DNA from: Tubiluchus corallicola
Lineage: Eukaryota; Animalia; Priapulida
Length of the DNA stretch: 64,000 nucleotides
NCBI GenBank assembly: GCA_030141605.1
Contig: JAQGDQ010000759.1
Coordinates: 36,908 to 100,907, forward strand
Direction of reading: 5' to 3'
The notes under the pieces were generated by a model, which saw only the letters and a list, made by a program, of their open reading frames with translations, was not told where the DNA came from and ran no database searches. Position numbers and translations under genes: made by a program. Positions 12,871 through 23,750 of this stretch are shown here, piece after piece. Each line of letters starts with the position of its first letter. Position 1 is the first letter of the stretch.

Positions 12871-13339
12871 AAATTATATTTGTGGGATGGTCATACCTTA
12901 CATGATGATATCAGATTAACAAATTAATTGGAATTTTAGCATATAATTTGAAAGCTCTGTTTATATGTGGCAACTATGCACTCGCATGAAGCCCATGGTG
13001 ATTTGAATTTTAATACACAATCAAATCAGCTACAAAAGTCAAATGTAATATTTAACGCAATTACCCAAGTGGCAATAATAGTAAAAATTGGAAAAACAAA
13101 AAAACTTGTAAAAGGTTATGAAAAATAAATCGTAACTACAAGACAAGCAGTGACGTAAAAAGTTGTGCCTCTGCTGGGATTCGAACCTATAACTTTACTT
13201 CAACATATCAGCACAGTAACTTAGTGTAGGGGAAGCTAATGGCTGCTTGAGTGACTAGGAATCTCCTCAGTGTGAAATATGAAATAAATCTGAATAGTAC
13301 TTAGTGCCGAATAAGCAAGATTAAAACATATAATGTTAC

Positions 13340-13474
13340 CTCACGTATTTCTAAATTGAACTGATTTGCACTTTTTACTTCGACAGTAAAGCGAGTATCG
13401 CTCGTGATTCTGCTGCCACCACTGGTGAGAACTCGAAACAAGTTTCCTTTTAGACCTCTGTGTATCCACAACAC
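13340..13474 (-). CDS. Lachesin-like gene, exon 3 (Ig1)
   Basis: TTACAG acceptor; VLWIHRGLKGNLFRVLTSVGSRITSDTRFTVEVKSANQFNLEIRE; GTAACA donor; 135 nt; not in the ORF track. Confidence 0.92.
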
Positions 13475-14742
13475 CTGTAAAGATAACTAACCATTACACA
13501 GTTGAAAACCAGCGGGAAACAAAAGCGAACAACACGAAAAATAGGCCTGCCCAATTTTAGCTAAAAGATTCTCAGAAAGATTCATTGAAAACTACGTTAA
13601 GCATTATGAGGCTGTATAGTAAAAGATATTTCACTAGAATCAAGTTAAAGCAAGTACATTAACATCAATGCAGAAACACTCACTGAGTATGTGCATGTTT
13701 TTGTATGGTTATTAATGTACCTGCTTCGAGTCTGTGCATTAATAAAAGATCTAATAACGACAGATATTATACTATGCAATTAATAAATTAACAACAACTA
13801 TGTATTTTTTGTCAACATGTATACAAGATTACTTTTATGATAATCGTATTATTTTATTAATGTTATCAAATTATCACCACAAATTTATTAATATATATTG
13901 TTCCCCTATTTTTATTAGTGCTGATAATAAACTCTGTACAGTGTAGTTTTTGTGTATTTTATTTTATGAGAGTTAAATGACATGCTATAACAGGTATATG
14001 GTACTAGTTTACAGACATTAACTTAGTTAATTAACATAACATTTGTAATTAAAATTAACATTTGTAGTTAAGTAATCAGTTACTCAACGATAGTAAAATG
14101 GATCTTCATGATGCGCAATATCAAGACCGCCATGCCATCTTGGAGTTCGACCCCCTGAGTCGAATTCAGTCCATTATAATACATGTGCACAAAAAAATAA
14201 CTAACTAACTCAGTAACAGCACTACGCCTGAGGAGCACCTGTGTCAGAAATCAAGGCTGTAGTGACCTCTACACACTTTTATACTGGCATTCCAGGTCAG
14301 CTGGCTTCTCACACCACGTGTAGGCCCAAACAAGACGTCTGGACCTACAAGAAAGGGGTGAGTCGTTGCTGATGTGGAAGCAGGGCGTGTAGAGGGCCCT
14401 ACACCTAACATTGTCTCCGTAACATTATATATATATTATAAACTGTATGTACATCATACTAATTTACATTCATTTAGAGTAAATAAATAAATAAATAAAC
14501 AAGATGAGACGTGCAGTGTTCTTTAAGGGGTAGGGAACTAGAGACTAAGGATTCATTGGTAACTGATTGTTATGCTTGTCACACAGGTTATACCTTCAAG
14601 AACACTTCACGCTTAACACAATGCTGAAATACCAGTCCTAAGCAATTACATAACAAACTAGCTGTCATATTAGAGTACAAGTGGCTAATACCTCATCGCC
14701 GGTAAGATCTTGATAATTTTGATATATTTCTTTTTTGAGGCC

Positions 14743-14745
<3 letters not shown>

Positions 14746-14795
<50 letters not shown>

Positions 14796-14930
14796 TCAAG
14801 ATTATTACTAATAAAGGTACAAGTAAATGTAGGTAAAAATGGCACAGGTAAAAATGGTACATGAAAAAATGGCACGGTAGAAATGGCACAGCTAAAGGTG
14901 GTACGGTGAAAATGGCACAGGAAAAATTGC
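14746..14930. repeat. (AAT)n followed by short GGTAAAAATGGCAC-type tandem repeats
   Basis: Directly visible. Confidence 0.8.
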
Positions 14931-15650
14931 ACAAACGGAAAACGTGAACGAGCGTGACTTTTCTACCAGACACAGGGCCGGAGGATTCCAGTTCCGTGGC
15001 CTTTCGTGGACAATTACCTTAGCTAGATTCTGGTTTTACCACAATCATTAACATTACTAGTACGTTTTGCTGTTGAGTGTTAGGTAAAAAGTTTCGAATA
15101 AACACCACCATTTTGTTAGGCACTGTGTATCTATAAACCTATCACGTTGATCTCCTCCAGGGTAGATACGGTACCTGGAACTAAATACACAATGTGCATT
15201 TCAACATTTGTTGAGAGAATAAGCTGCAATACTATTGTGTGTTCTGGCACTTTTCCATTCAAATCTATTCATGATATCATTTGTAATTTTTTTTGATAAA
15301 TTACTCGAAACAAATTTGAAATAAATAAAATATTTCAGAATTAAAGATCAAATTAATCACAGTACAGCAAGAAGTTAGCAACATGTGTGTATATATGCAG
15401 TACCTATAATTTTTTGGGCAAATTGTGCATAAATCCAATAATGCAGTTCATCCAGTAAACCACAACAAGTATTAATTTCGCACAACCTAATGTGATGAAG
15501 TGCTTCATCAGACAAATGTGACATTTAGATGAATCAATGGACAAATAAGATGACGGCAATATGTTATACCCATGGATACCTACGTGTTATTAGGATAGTA
15601 GGTTTACTATGTAGTAGGTAGTTTACTAGGTAACTATGACATCTACTAAC

Positions 15651-15787
15651 CTTGTTGTCTTCCAAATGCTCCACGAAGCATTTTAACACAGCTTTACCTC
15701 CAGAAATAATGGTCATTTTATCACTGATAAAAATAATCCTAGGAAGTATTATGCCAGTGCCTTCATTGATGCTGCTCTGAGCTGATG
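15651..15787 (-). CDS. Lachesin-like gene, exon 2 (start of Ig1)
   Basis: TTTGTAG acceptor; ASAQSSINEGTGIILPRIIFISDKMTIISGGKAVLKCFVEHLEDNK; GTTAGT donor; contains the first Ig cysteine. Confidence 0.9.
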
Positions 15788-16808
15788 CTACAAATATAAC
15801 AAAAAACACCTATAGCCAAGAGTAAGTCGGTTAACACACTTAGTTACTGTTAAAAATGACATTATAACTAGCGGATTACAAACATTCTATACCCACATGA
15901 CGTAGAAAAGATGGCAATGAAACCTAGTATCAGAATCCCAAGAGAAAACATGATGCTTATGCACAGCTAAGCCGCTAACACAAAATGAATGCTTGGACAC
16001 TACCTATGGACGCTTCATTAAGATACCAAATCAACCGAGACAAATGAGACTTAATATTATGAACTATAAATAAGACGGGAACAATACGACGTACACCATG
16101 TGTTCAATTACCAACTAAAATGGTAACTGCAGGCTAATATCGACTATGCGCCGATTTGTTATTCCGATGATTCATTACCACGTAATTACGAGAGCTTGGA
16201 GGTGGTCCTGTCATTGCGCAATCCAAACCTCTACGACTAGGCTTCATTCCACGTTAACGTTCCTAATGAAGTGGTTTATATGTCACACCAGTTCAGAAAT
16301 CCTAGACAATATTAATTCGCGGGTTCGTTCGAAAGCAGTAAACAGCTTTTAAACCAGCAATTTGCAATTTTTGCTGCAAGTGATGCAATGCACGTATTCT
16401 TCCGCTTTAGCTTTAATTCAGATAACATAAAGATCTTTGACCGCTAAAAAGTATCACCAAAGACCTTAAAAATGTGAGAAATGAATTTGGACTGTGAAGG
16501 AACTCCAAAAATTGCAGTTTTCTAAGTTTTAGAAAAATAGGGTTTTATAGAGACTAAGATCAAGAAATTTACTACTTAGCGGTTAAAATTTCTAGACTTT
16601 TGTGTCTGAAAAAGGCTTCATAAAACGTCTAAAATACATGAAATGCGTTGTGTTGTTTAGTTTCCCAAGACTACCCTAGTTGGCTCTAGATTCCTGATTT
16701 GAGTTCATGACTAGGTGGCAACCCTACCCGTGAGTGGGTGAAGTGATACCATCGTCTGCAATATAATCATTATCTGTTAATTTCATTTTTAGATTCATAC
16801 ACCATCAG

Positions 16809-17153
16809 TAGGGGTGAGCATTCTTTACCGGAAAGCGAATTCGAATCGAACCGAATTTGTGACTTTCGAACCCGAACCGAACTTTTCGAACCACCAGCAA
16901 AAATTAGTCTTACAAAGATCATGCATATCATTAGATTTTGCTCTGCAATAAAACGACTAGTAATTTCTTTAAAACTGTGTGCAGAAATCACAGCTAAATT
17001 ATGCCAATTGCATGATGTTTCAATCGTTTTAGTCATAAAGAACATGTGTGATTGAAGTGTTGAATTATTCGAATCTATAGTTTTGGATTCGAATCGAGTT
17101 CGAACTAAAAAAACTCATTCGAATCGAATTCGAGCGTTCGATGCTCACCCCTA
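16809..17153. mobile_element. hAT-type MITE with TTCGAA subterminal repeats
   Basis: TIR TAGGGGTGAGCAT / ATGCTCACCCCTA; perfect TSD ACCATCAG; related fragment at about 33405-33660. Confidence 0.9.
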
Positions 17154-18571
17154 ACCATCAGCAGTCACAGCATGGTGCAAGTCAGCTTGTATTTGTATAA
17201 AGTATACAATTATTAGAAATTTTATCATTTACTGAAATCATTGGCACTATCATATTAACTATTTTTCTGTTTCTATTTCACATTCAGACGTTCTTAGCAG
17301 CTATTATAAGTTTCTTGAATTGCTGCAGCAGTATTATCATAAATAGATACTAATTACTATCATTATACCTATTATTCAACTAAATACCTTATTATATAGC
17401 TAGAGCTATGCACTGACGTACATATGTGCTACTATGATATACTATTAACGTGAAATAATAAATTGAAATTGAATTGAATTTCATACTACACAAGTAAACG
17501 AACGCTAGCTTTAGTGCTGCTGCCACCGCTGCCGCTGCCGTTACCAAATTAGTCACTAAATTACTGATCAACTAATTACTACTTTAGTTATTCAGTATTC
17601 TGGTTTGTCAAGCGTTCAAGACAACCATTCATTGATAAGCCAACCAGTTCAACCAACCACCCAAAAAGACAACAAACCACATAAATCTACCAACACAACA
17701 TTTACGTATATGATACCTAAATTACTGAAATACGAGAAATTTGTAACACTGAATAACAGATGTTCTTAATTGCACGCGGGCTGAAATTTTCGATATGGTA
17801 ATCTTTTCTTATTTCAAGTCTGGTTATTTTATCAGTAGGTCCTATGTGAGCTACATAATTAGTAGAATGTACAGCGAGACTGCCTGACTAATATAATAAC
17901 TACCTTTTCTAATTTTCTGTTCAATTTAATTCGTATTATATGTATATAAGGCCTATTGAACTAAATAAAATAAATTCTGCAAAATATTTATCCGTTCAAT
18001 ATGCGTTCTCTTAAATCCAAAGGGTTGACAGAAAATCTGGCAGTTTTACGAAAAAAAACCTTGGCTGCAAAAGATCAATTCAATTTTCACTAGAGCAAAA
18101 AAAAAGATTCACAATCTATACAGATGTACGAGCTTAATTACGTAGCCCCTTTCCAATACCCCACATCGATCGTTGCCTTACCCAATACGCATGCGCGTGA
18201 AAAATGACAGGATAAAAACGAGCACACCAAGTTACCAACCGCGTTGCTTGCAAATTTGCCAGCCGGTTACGAAATTGCCACTAATAGAAGTTGAACTGAC
18301 TGCGCAACGTGGTTGTAAACACAAGCGGCAAAATCTAATCTCACTTGTTGGAAGCAAAAGGTTGTGGCGATTGAGTAACTCGACTGCAAACTCACGCAAT
18401 ACAAGCAAGTTGCACTTCTTCCCAAACTGGGAGTAAGTGGTTGTGCTGACTGAGCGACATAGACTGTGCTTGCTTCTGTTATTCAGTTCTGAACGCTGTG
18501 AGCAGCAGGAGTAACGTAGACTCGCTGCACTACGAAAGCGAGTCGAACTAGTTTTATCTCACAAGCAGAAA

Positions 18572-20540
18572 TCGCACTCATTGCAAAAGTGAGACGATCA
18601 CAATCAAGTCTAGCTGATTCAGATATTAGAGAACAGAAGATATCACGCTCATTGCAAAAGTGAGACGACCACAATCAAGTCTAGCTGATTCTGATATTAG
18701 AGGCCAGAAGAAATCACGCTCATTGCAAAAGTGAGATGATCACAATCAAGTCTAGCTGATTCTGATATTAGAGAATAGAAGAAATCACGCTCACTACAAA
18801 AGTGAGACAATCACAATCAAGTCTAGCTGATTCTGATATTAGAGACCAGAAGAAATCACGCCCATTGCAAAAGTGAGATGATCACAATCAAGTCTAGCTG
18901 ATTCTGATATTAGAGACCAGAAGAAATCACGCTCATTGCAAAAGTGAGATGATCACAATCAAGTCTAGCTGATTCTGATATTAGAGAATAGAAGAAATCA
19001 CGCTCACTACAAAAGTGAGACAATCACAATCAAGTCTAGCTGATTCTGATATTAGAGACCAGAAGAAATCACGCTCATTGCAAAAGTGAGACGACTACAA
19101 TCAAGTCTAGCTGATTCTGATATCAGGGACCAGAAGAAATCACGCTCACTACAAAAGTGAGATGATCACAATCAAGTCTAGCTGATTCTGATATCAGGGA
19201 CCAGAAGAAATCACGCTCACTACAAAAGTGAGATGATCACAATCAAGTCTAGCTGATTCTGATATCAGGGACCAGAAGAAATCACGCTCATTGCAAAAGT
19301 GAGATGATCACAATCAAATCTAGCTGATTCTGATATCAGAGACCAGAAGAAATCACGCTCATTGCAAAAGTGAGATGATCACAATCAAGTCTAGCTGATT
19401 CTGATATCAGGGACCAGAAGAAATCACGCTCACTACAAAAGTGAGATGATCACAATCAAGTCTAGCTGATTCTGATATCAGGGACCAGAAGAAATCACGC
19501 TCATTGCAAAAGTGAGGTGAACACATCAGCTGCAGAAGTCTCTCACATAAGAGACCAGAAGAAATCACGCTCATTGCAAAAGTGAGGTGAACACATCAGC
19601 TGCAGAAGTCTCTCACATAAGAGACCAGAAGAAATCAGGGTCATTGCAAAAGTGAGATGAACACATCAGCTGCAGAAGTCTCTCACATAAGAGACCAGAA
19701 GAAATCACGGTCATTGCAAAAGTGAGATGAACACGTCAGCTGTAGAAGTCTCTCACATAAGAGACCAGAAGAAATCACGGTCATTGCAAAAGTGAGATGA
19801 ACACATCAGCTGTAGAAGTCTCTCACATAAGAGACCAGAAGAAATCACGCTCATTGCAAAAGTGAGATGAACACGTCAGCTGCAGAAATCTCTCACATAA
19901 GAGACCAGAAGACATCACGGTCATTGCAAAAGTGAGATGAACACGTCAGCTGCAGAAGTCTCTCACATAAGAGACCAGAAGAAATCACGGTCATTGCAAA
20001 AGTGAGATGAACACATCAGCTGTAGAAGTCTCTCACATAAGAGACCAGAAGAAATCACGGTCATTGCAAAAGTGAGGTGAACACATCAGCTGTAGAAGTC
20101 TCTCACATAAGAGACCAGAAGAAATCACGCTCATTGCAAAAGTGAGGTGAACACATCAGCTGTAGAAGTCTCTCACATAAGAGACCAGAAGAAATCACGG
20201 TCATTGCAAAAGTGAGATGAACACGTCAGCTGTAGAAGTCTCTCACATAAGAGACCAGAAGAAATCACGGTCATTGCAAAAGTGAGATGAACACGTCAGC
20301 TGTAGAAGTCTCTCACATAAGAGACCAGAAGAAATCACGCTCATTGCAAAAGTGAGGTGAACACATCAGCTGCAGAAGTCTCTCACATAAGAGACCAGAA
20401 GACATCACGGTCATTGCAAAAGTGAGGTGAACACATCAGCTGTAGAAGTCTCTCACATAAGAGACCAGAAGAAATCACGGTCATTGCAAAAGTGAGATGA
20501 ACACGTCAGCTCTAGCTGATTCTGATATAAGAGACCAGAA
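18572..20540 (+). repeat. Composite tandem array: 13 x 71-bp plus 14 x 70-bp units and one hybrid unit
   Basis: Shared ~40-bp block GAGACCAGAAGAAATCACGCTCATTGCAAAAGTGAGRTGA with two alternative ~30-bp segments. Confidence 0.95.
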
Positions 20541-20678
20541 AAGTTTCTGGCGGACGAAGTACATCCACTACTGGTAATAGTCTTGATGTCTTGATGATAT
20601 TCAACATTTCAACAACCAGTTTTCTAAGTTTATTCAAAGACACACTGTTTAAAGAATAACATTATTGTTTGCTTGCAG

Positions 20679-21874
20679 ATGTTGAGTCAAAGCCAATGGC
20701 CACTAACAGAAAATCATAAAAAAGAACTCCTAGACCCAAGAACTGACAAAAAGAATCAAAGCGACTTGAGGAAACACGAAAAGGAGATAAACAGACTAAT
20801 GAAGAGAGCAATCGAGTTGAAAGTTGACTTAAAAATCTTGCAGAGTCGGATGACTAGAGTGGACTATCGACCTTCCTGGAAGGTTGGTGCTGTTCTTAAA
20901 GGAATGCAAATAAACTTCATAGTTAACAGTGGAAGCAGTGCCACCATCATTGATACTGGTACCTACGATGATTTACCAAGAGAAGAGCAGCCAGAACTAC
21001 AAAGAACAGAACATACAAGGCTGTTAGCTGCAAATGGTGAGTTGATGGAGAAGCATGTTTCTGCTTGGAATTAGGCGGCCTCACAACGGACATTACCATG
21101 CTTGTGGGTTCCATTAAATCAAAACAAGGGATATTAGGAATGGATGTTTTGCAAGCAAGCATACTTGACATGAACGGTACACTAACCATTAATGGAGAGA
21201 CAATTACAAGCATGAACAATGACTGGAAATTAGATCCAATCCAGCCCATCAACTGGGAAGAGTTTGATACAATCCATCCCATTGACCAGAACGAGTTATG
21301 TCACGATTTCCAAAACGAAAGTGAAGAAGAAATAGAAATAGGGCTCGATTTTGAAACCGAAAGGAAAGAAGGAGAAACAGGGTTCAACTTCAAAACCGAA
21401 AGGGAAGAAGAAATAGAAATAGGGTTCGATTTTGAAACCGAAAGGAAAGAAGGAGAAACAGGGTTCAACTTCAAAACCGAAAGGGAAGAAGAAATAGGAT
21501 TCAATTTCGAAAGTGAAATGGAAGAAGAAATAGGGTTCGATTTTGAAACACAAAGAGAAGAAGAGACAGATAACGAGGAGAACTTGAAGCTGGAAAGAAT
21601 TGAGAAAACCAACCACAAACAAGTTATGTCAAGGAAAAGAAAAGGGAAATCAAAACATGGAAAGCATTCAGATCAGATTTTGAAAAGAGGAAGCAATAAT
21701 GCTGATAATGATCATTCAAAGTCGAAGCGGAAGTTACGAGGGTGTAAAGAAGATGAACATCACACGACAACCTATTGTCACAGAAAGAAACACTTCAAGA
21801 AATGTTCAACTTGTTGGCTTGGAAAGAAATTAGCCAAGCAAAACCAGAGAAAGAGAAAATCATTGCAGAAATAA
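20679..21874 (+). pseudogene. Retropepsin (gypsy-type aspartic protease)-derived ORF, frameshifted, with acidic repeat and basic tail
   Basis: FIVNSGSSATIID (DSG motif with D>N) and LLAANG; after a frameshift near 21055-21065, GILGMDVL; then 81-bp acidic repeats and a Lys/Arg-rich end. No RT or integrase follows. Confidence 0.7.
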
Positions 21875-22184
21875 AGCAAAAAGCTCCGAAATGGTTTAGT
21901 GTTTACCCACAGTGCTTGACAGAAACATTCCAGTTAAAATACAAACATCATAATTATATAATACCAAACATGTAACACGCTTATTACTTTCCTTTGCATA
22001 TAACCATGACCGAAGTAACATAAAGTGAAAATTACTAAGCAGTATTTCACATGATAGACTTCTTACACCTTGCACTGTATTACTATTGTTGCTACGTTAC
22101 AATTTTATCTTTTATTATGTTTCAAACTTATGTACTCAAACAACTAGTCTTGTGCTTGTGATGTTAGAGTGTTAACTTTGTATA

Positions 22185-22570
22185 AATACCAAGTGCTGTA
22201 GGCTTGCGGGATGCCCACACTGTATCTTGACACTAGGCGGAGGAGCTGCACAAGCAGCCAACGGCTAGAGGGTGGAGGAGGTCAAGTGACCCAACGGCCA
22301 TGTGTAGAGGAGTAAACCTTCCTCCTGCAGCCAACCTGGTGCTAAACTGGGACTACAGCAGGGAGGAAGAGAGGGGGTTCCTGTTGTCTGGGCAACTCGG
22401 GATCTTCATACACTTTACCCAGGTCTGCGCCCTGGAGAGGCCACTCCAGTGGTTCAAGGCTCGCCACTGCTCAGCCACAGTTGACACTGCAGCTCCATCA
22501 ATATGATCAATAACTGACTCTCTTGGCGCACACTCCATTGTCTTCCGAGACAAGGATGCCAACAACAACA
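22185..22570 (+). mobile_element. 5'-truncated, internally deleted copy of the 5S-SINE
   Basis: Starts with the 5S 3' end AATACCAAGTGCTGTAGGCTT; body matches the reverse complement of 44362-44810; ends GATGCCAACAACAAC. Confidence 0.9.
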
Positions 22571-23388
22571 CTAATATTTTTGTCAGTAAACATGTTTTCT
22601 AATATTATTAATTGTAAACAGCACACTGTGCTTACAAAACCAAGCTTACAAAGAAGACAGTAAAAATCACAGTCTCGAATATTACGCAGCCAGAGTCCTG
22701 AATCCGGTTATTACAAGGCTTTAATTAATATAATACAGATTACTTGTGTCATGCTACACAAATGCATGCTATGGAAGTGAGGTACACCTTTGGTATATCT
22801 TTAATATTTTTGTAATCAGCAATGCTCATCCTAAAATATTTCAAGATATGTTTGCTTTCAACTCTTTTTCATGACTCTGACTAAGCATACATGTTTACCC
22901 ACTTTTGCTAGCTACAAACAATTTTTCTCTTTTTTCAGGTCTTTATCCTAATCATAATAATCTTAGTAATCATCTTAAATACATAGAATAATCCAAGTTT
23001 AAATTAATATTTAAAGATACGTTTCCCTCTTCTTTCCTGTGATTGAACATTATTCTGTTAGAAACTAAAACTTTCGTATAATAATTCAATCAACAATTAT
23101 TATTGTCTTAAATGCAAAATCTGATAATTTTTAATTACTTGGTACATGCGCATTAATTAATGATATTAGTAACAATTCTGAGAGCGGCTAATCTCGATAA
23201 CTTATAGTTCTTTCGGCACCTTTCCACCACTCTAACCAATAATCACTTTTGCACCATGGTGCATTATTGTATGTTGTACGGAATTATAAATCGCTTAGTT
23301 ATGTATTTTGCTGCTATAAAAAATGATGCTAAACTAATAAACTTACAGAGACAAGAGAAGTTACTTATAACTGAAACACGACACTTAC

Positions 23389-23443
23389 CTAGCTTAGACA
23401 AAGTGCAGTAAGTAACCAACAACAGAACGCATTTATAATCCAT
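23389..23443 (-). CDS. Lachesin/IgLON/DIP-like 3-Ig GPI-anchored adhesion protein, exon 1 of 8 (signal peptide)
   Basis: Reads MDYKCVLLLVTYCTLSKL then G|GTAAGT (phase 1). Full model joins 23389-23443, 15651-15787, 13340-13474, 10518-10602, 8011-8167, 7139-7254, 6478-6771 and 5937-6022 = 1065 nt, 354 aa, all GT-AG and in phase. Confidence 0.8.
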
Positions 23444-23733
23444 TTCCTACAATCTTCTCTTTAAATTTTTTTGAAGCAAACAAATTACTACAAACATGGA
23501 ACGGATCTGACTTAAAATTAAACTTAGAATTTCAAAACGATGATACAGAGCTCTGCGCAGGTAACGCTCATACAGGTAAGTTCACTCCCAAGGCGGCAAA
23601 ACTAATCGAAAACGACGTATAATATTGGCGGAAATCTTCGTGAGAAACTGATCGCGAATTTGTCGATTGGAACGGCCTGGATTAGTACAGTAGCAAAGTG
23701 GAAGACAGTCAAGTCACCGTCGTATTTTGCAAA
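23444..23733. promoter_or_regulatory. Putative bidirectional promoter / 5'UTRs of the lachesin-like and SDHC genes
   Basis: 290 bp between divergent ATGs, CpG-richer than the flanks; ATTGG (CCAAT box) near 23666, TCGCGA near 23652, and YY1-like AAAATGGCG overlapping the SDHC start. Confidence 0.6.
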
Positions 23734-23750
23734 ATGGCGTTCTTTATAGG
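23734..23750 (+). CDS. SDHC: Succinate dehydrogenase cytochrome b560 subunit, exon 1 of 5
   Basis: AAAATGGCGTTCTTTATAGG|GTAAAT (MAFFIG, phase 2), a short first exon as in vertebrate SDHC. Model: 23734-23750, 27055-27123, 30126-30292, 32453-32619, 33733-33867 = 555 nt, 184 aa. Confidence 0.75.

Noticed and set aside
13160-13235. tRNA-like B-box on the minus strand (GGTTCGAATCCC)
   Set aside because: No cloverleaf could be built; probably a decayed SINE head.
14221-14265. Hammerhead-like CTGAGGA...GAAA within an ACTAC/GTAGT stem
   Set aside because: Stem II is poorly formed and there is no NUH cleavage triplet.
18572-20540. CRISPR array or hammerhead-ribozyme satellite
   Set aside because: Spacers are repeated, the genome is eukaryotic and no cas genes are present. 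A GAAA-stem-AUC arrangement exists, but the CUGANGA core is incomplete (CUGAUUC) and no stem I forms.
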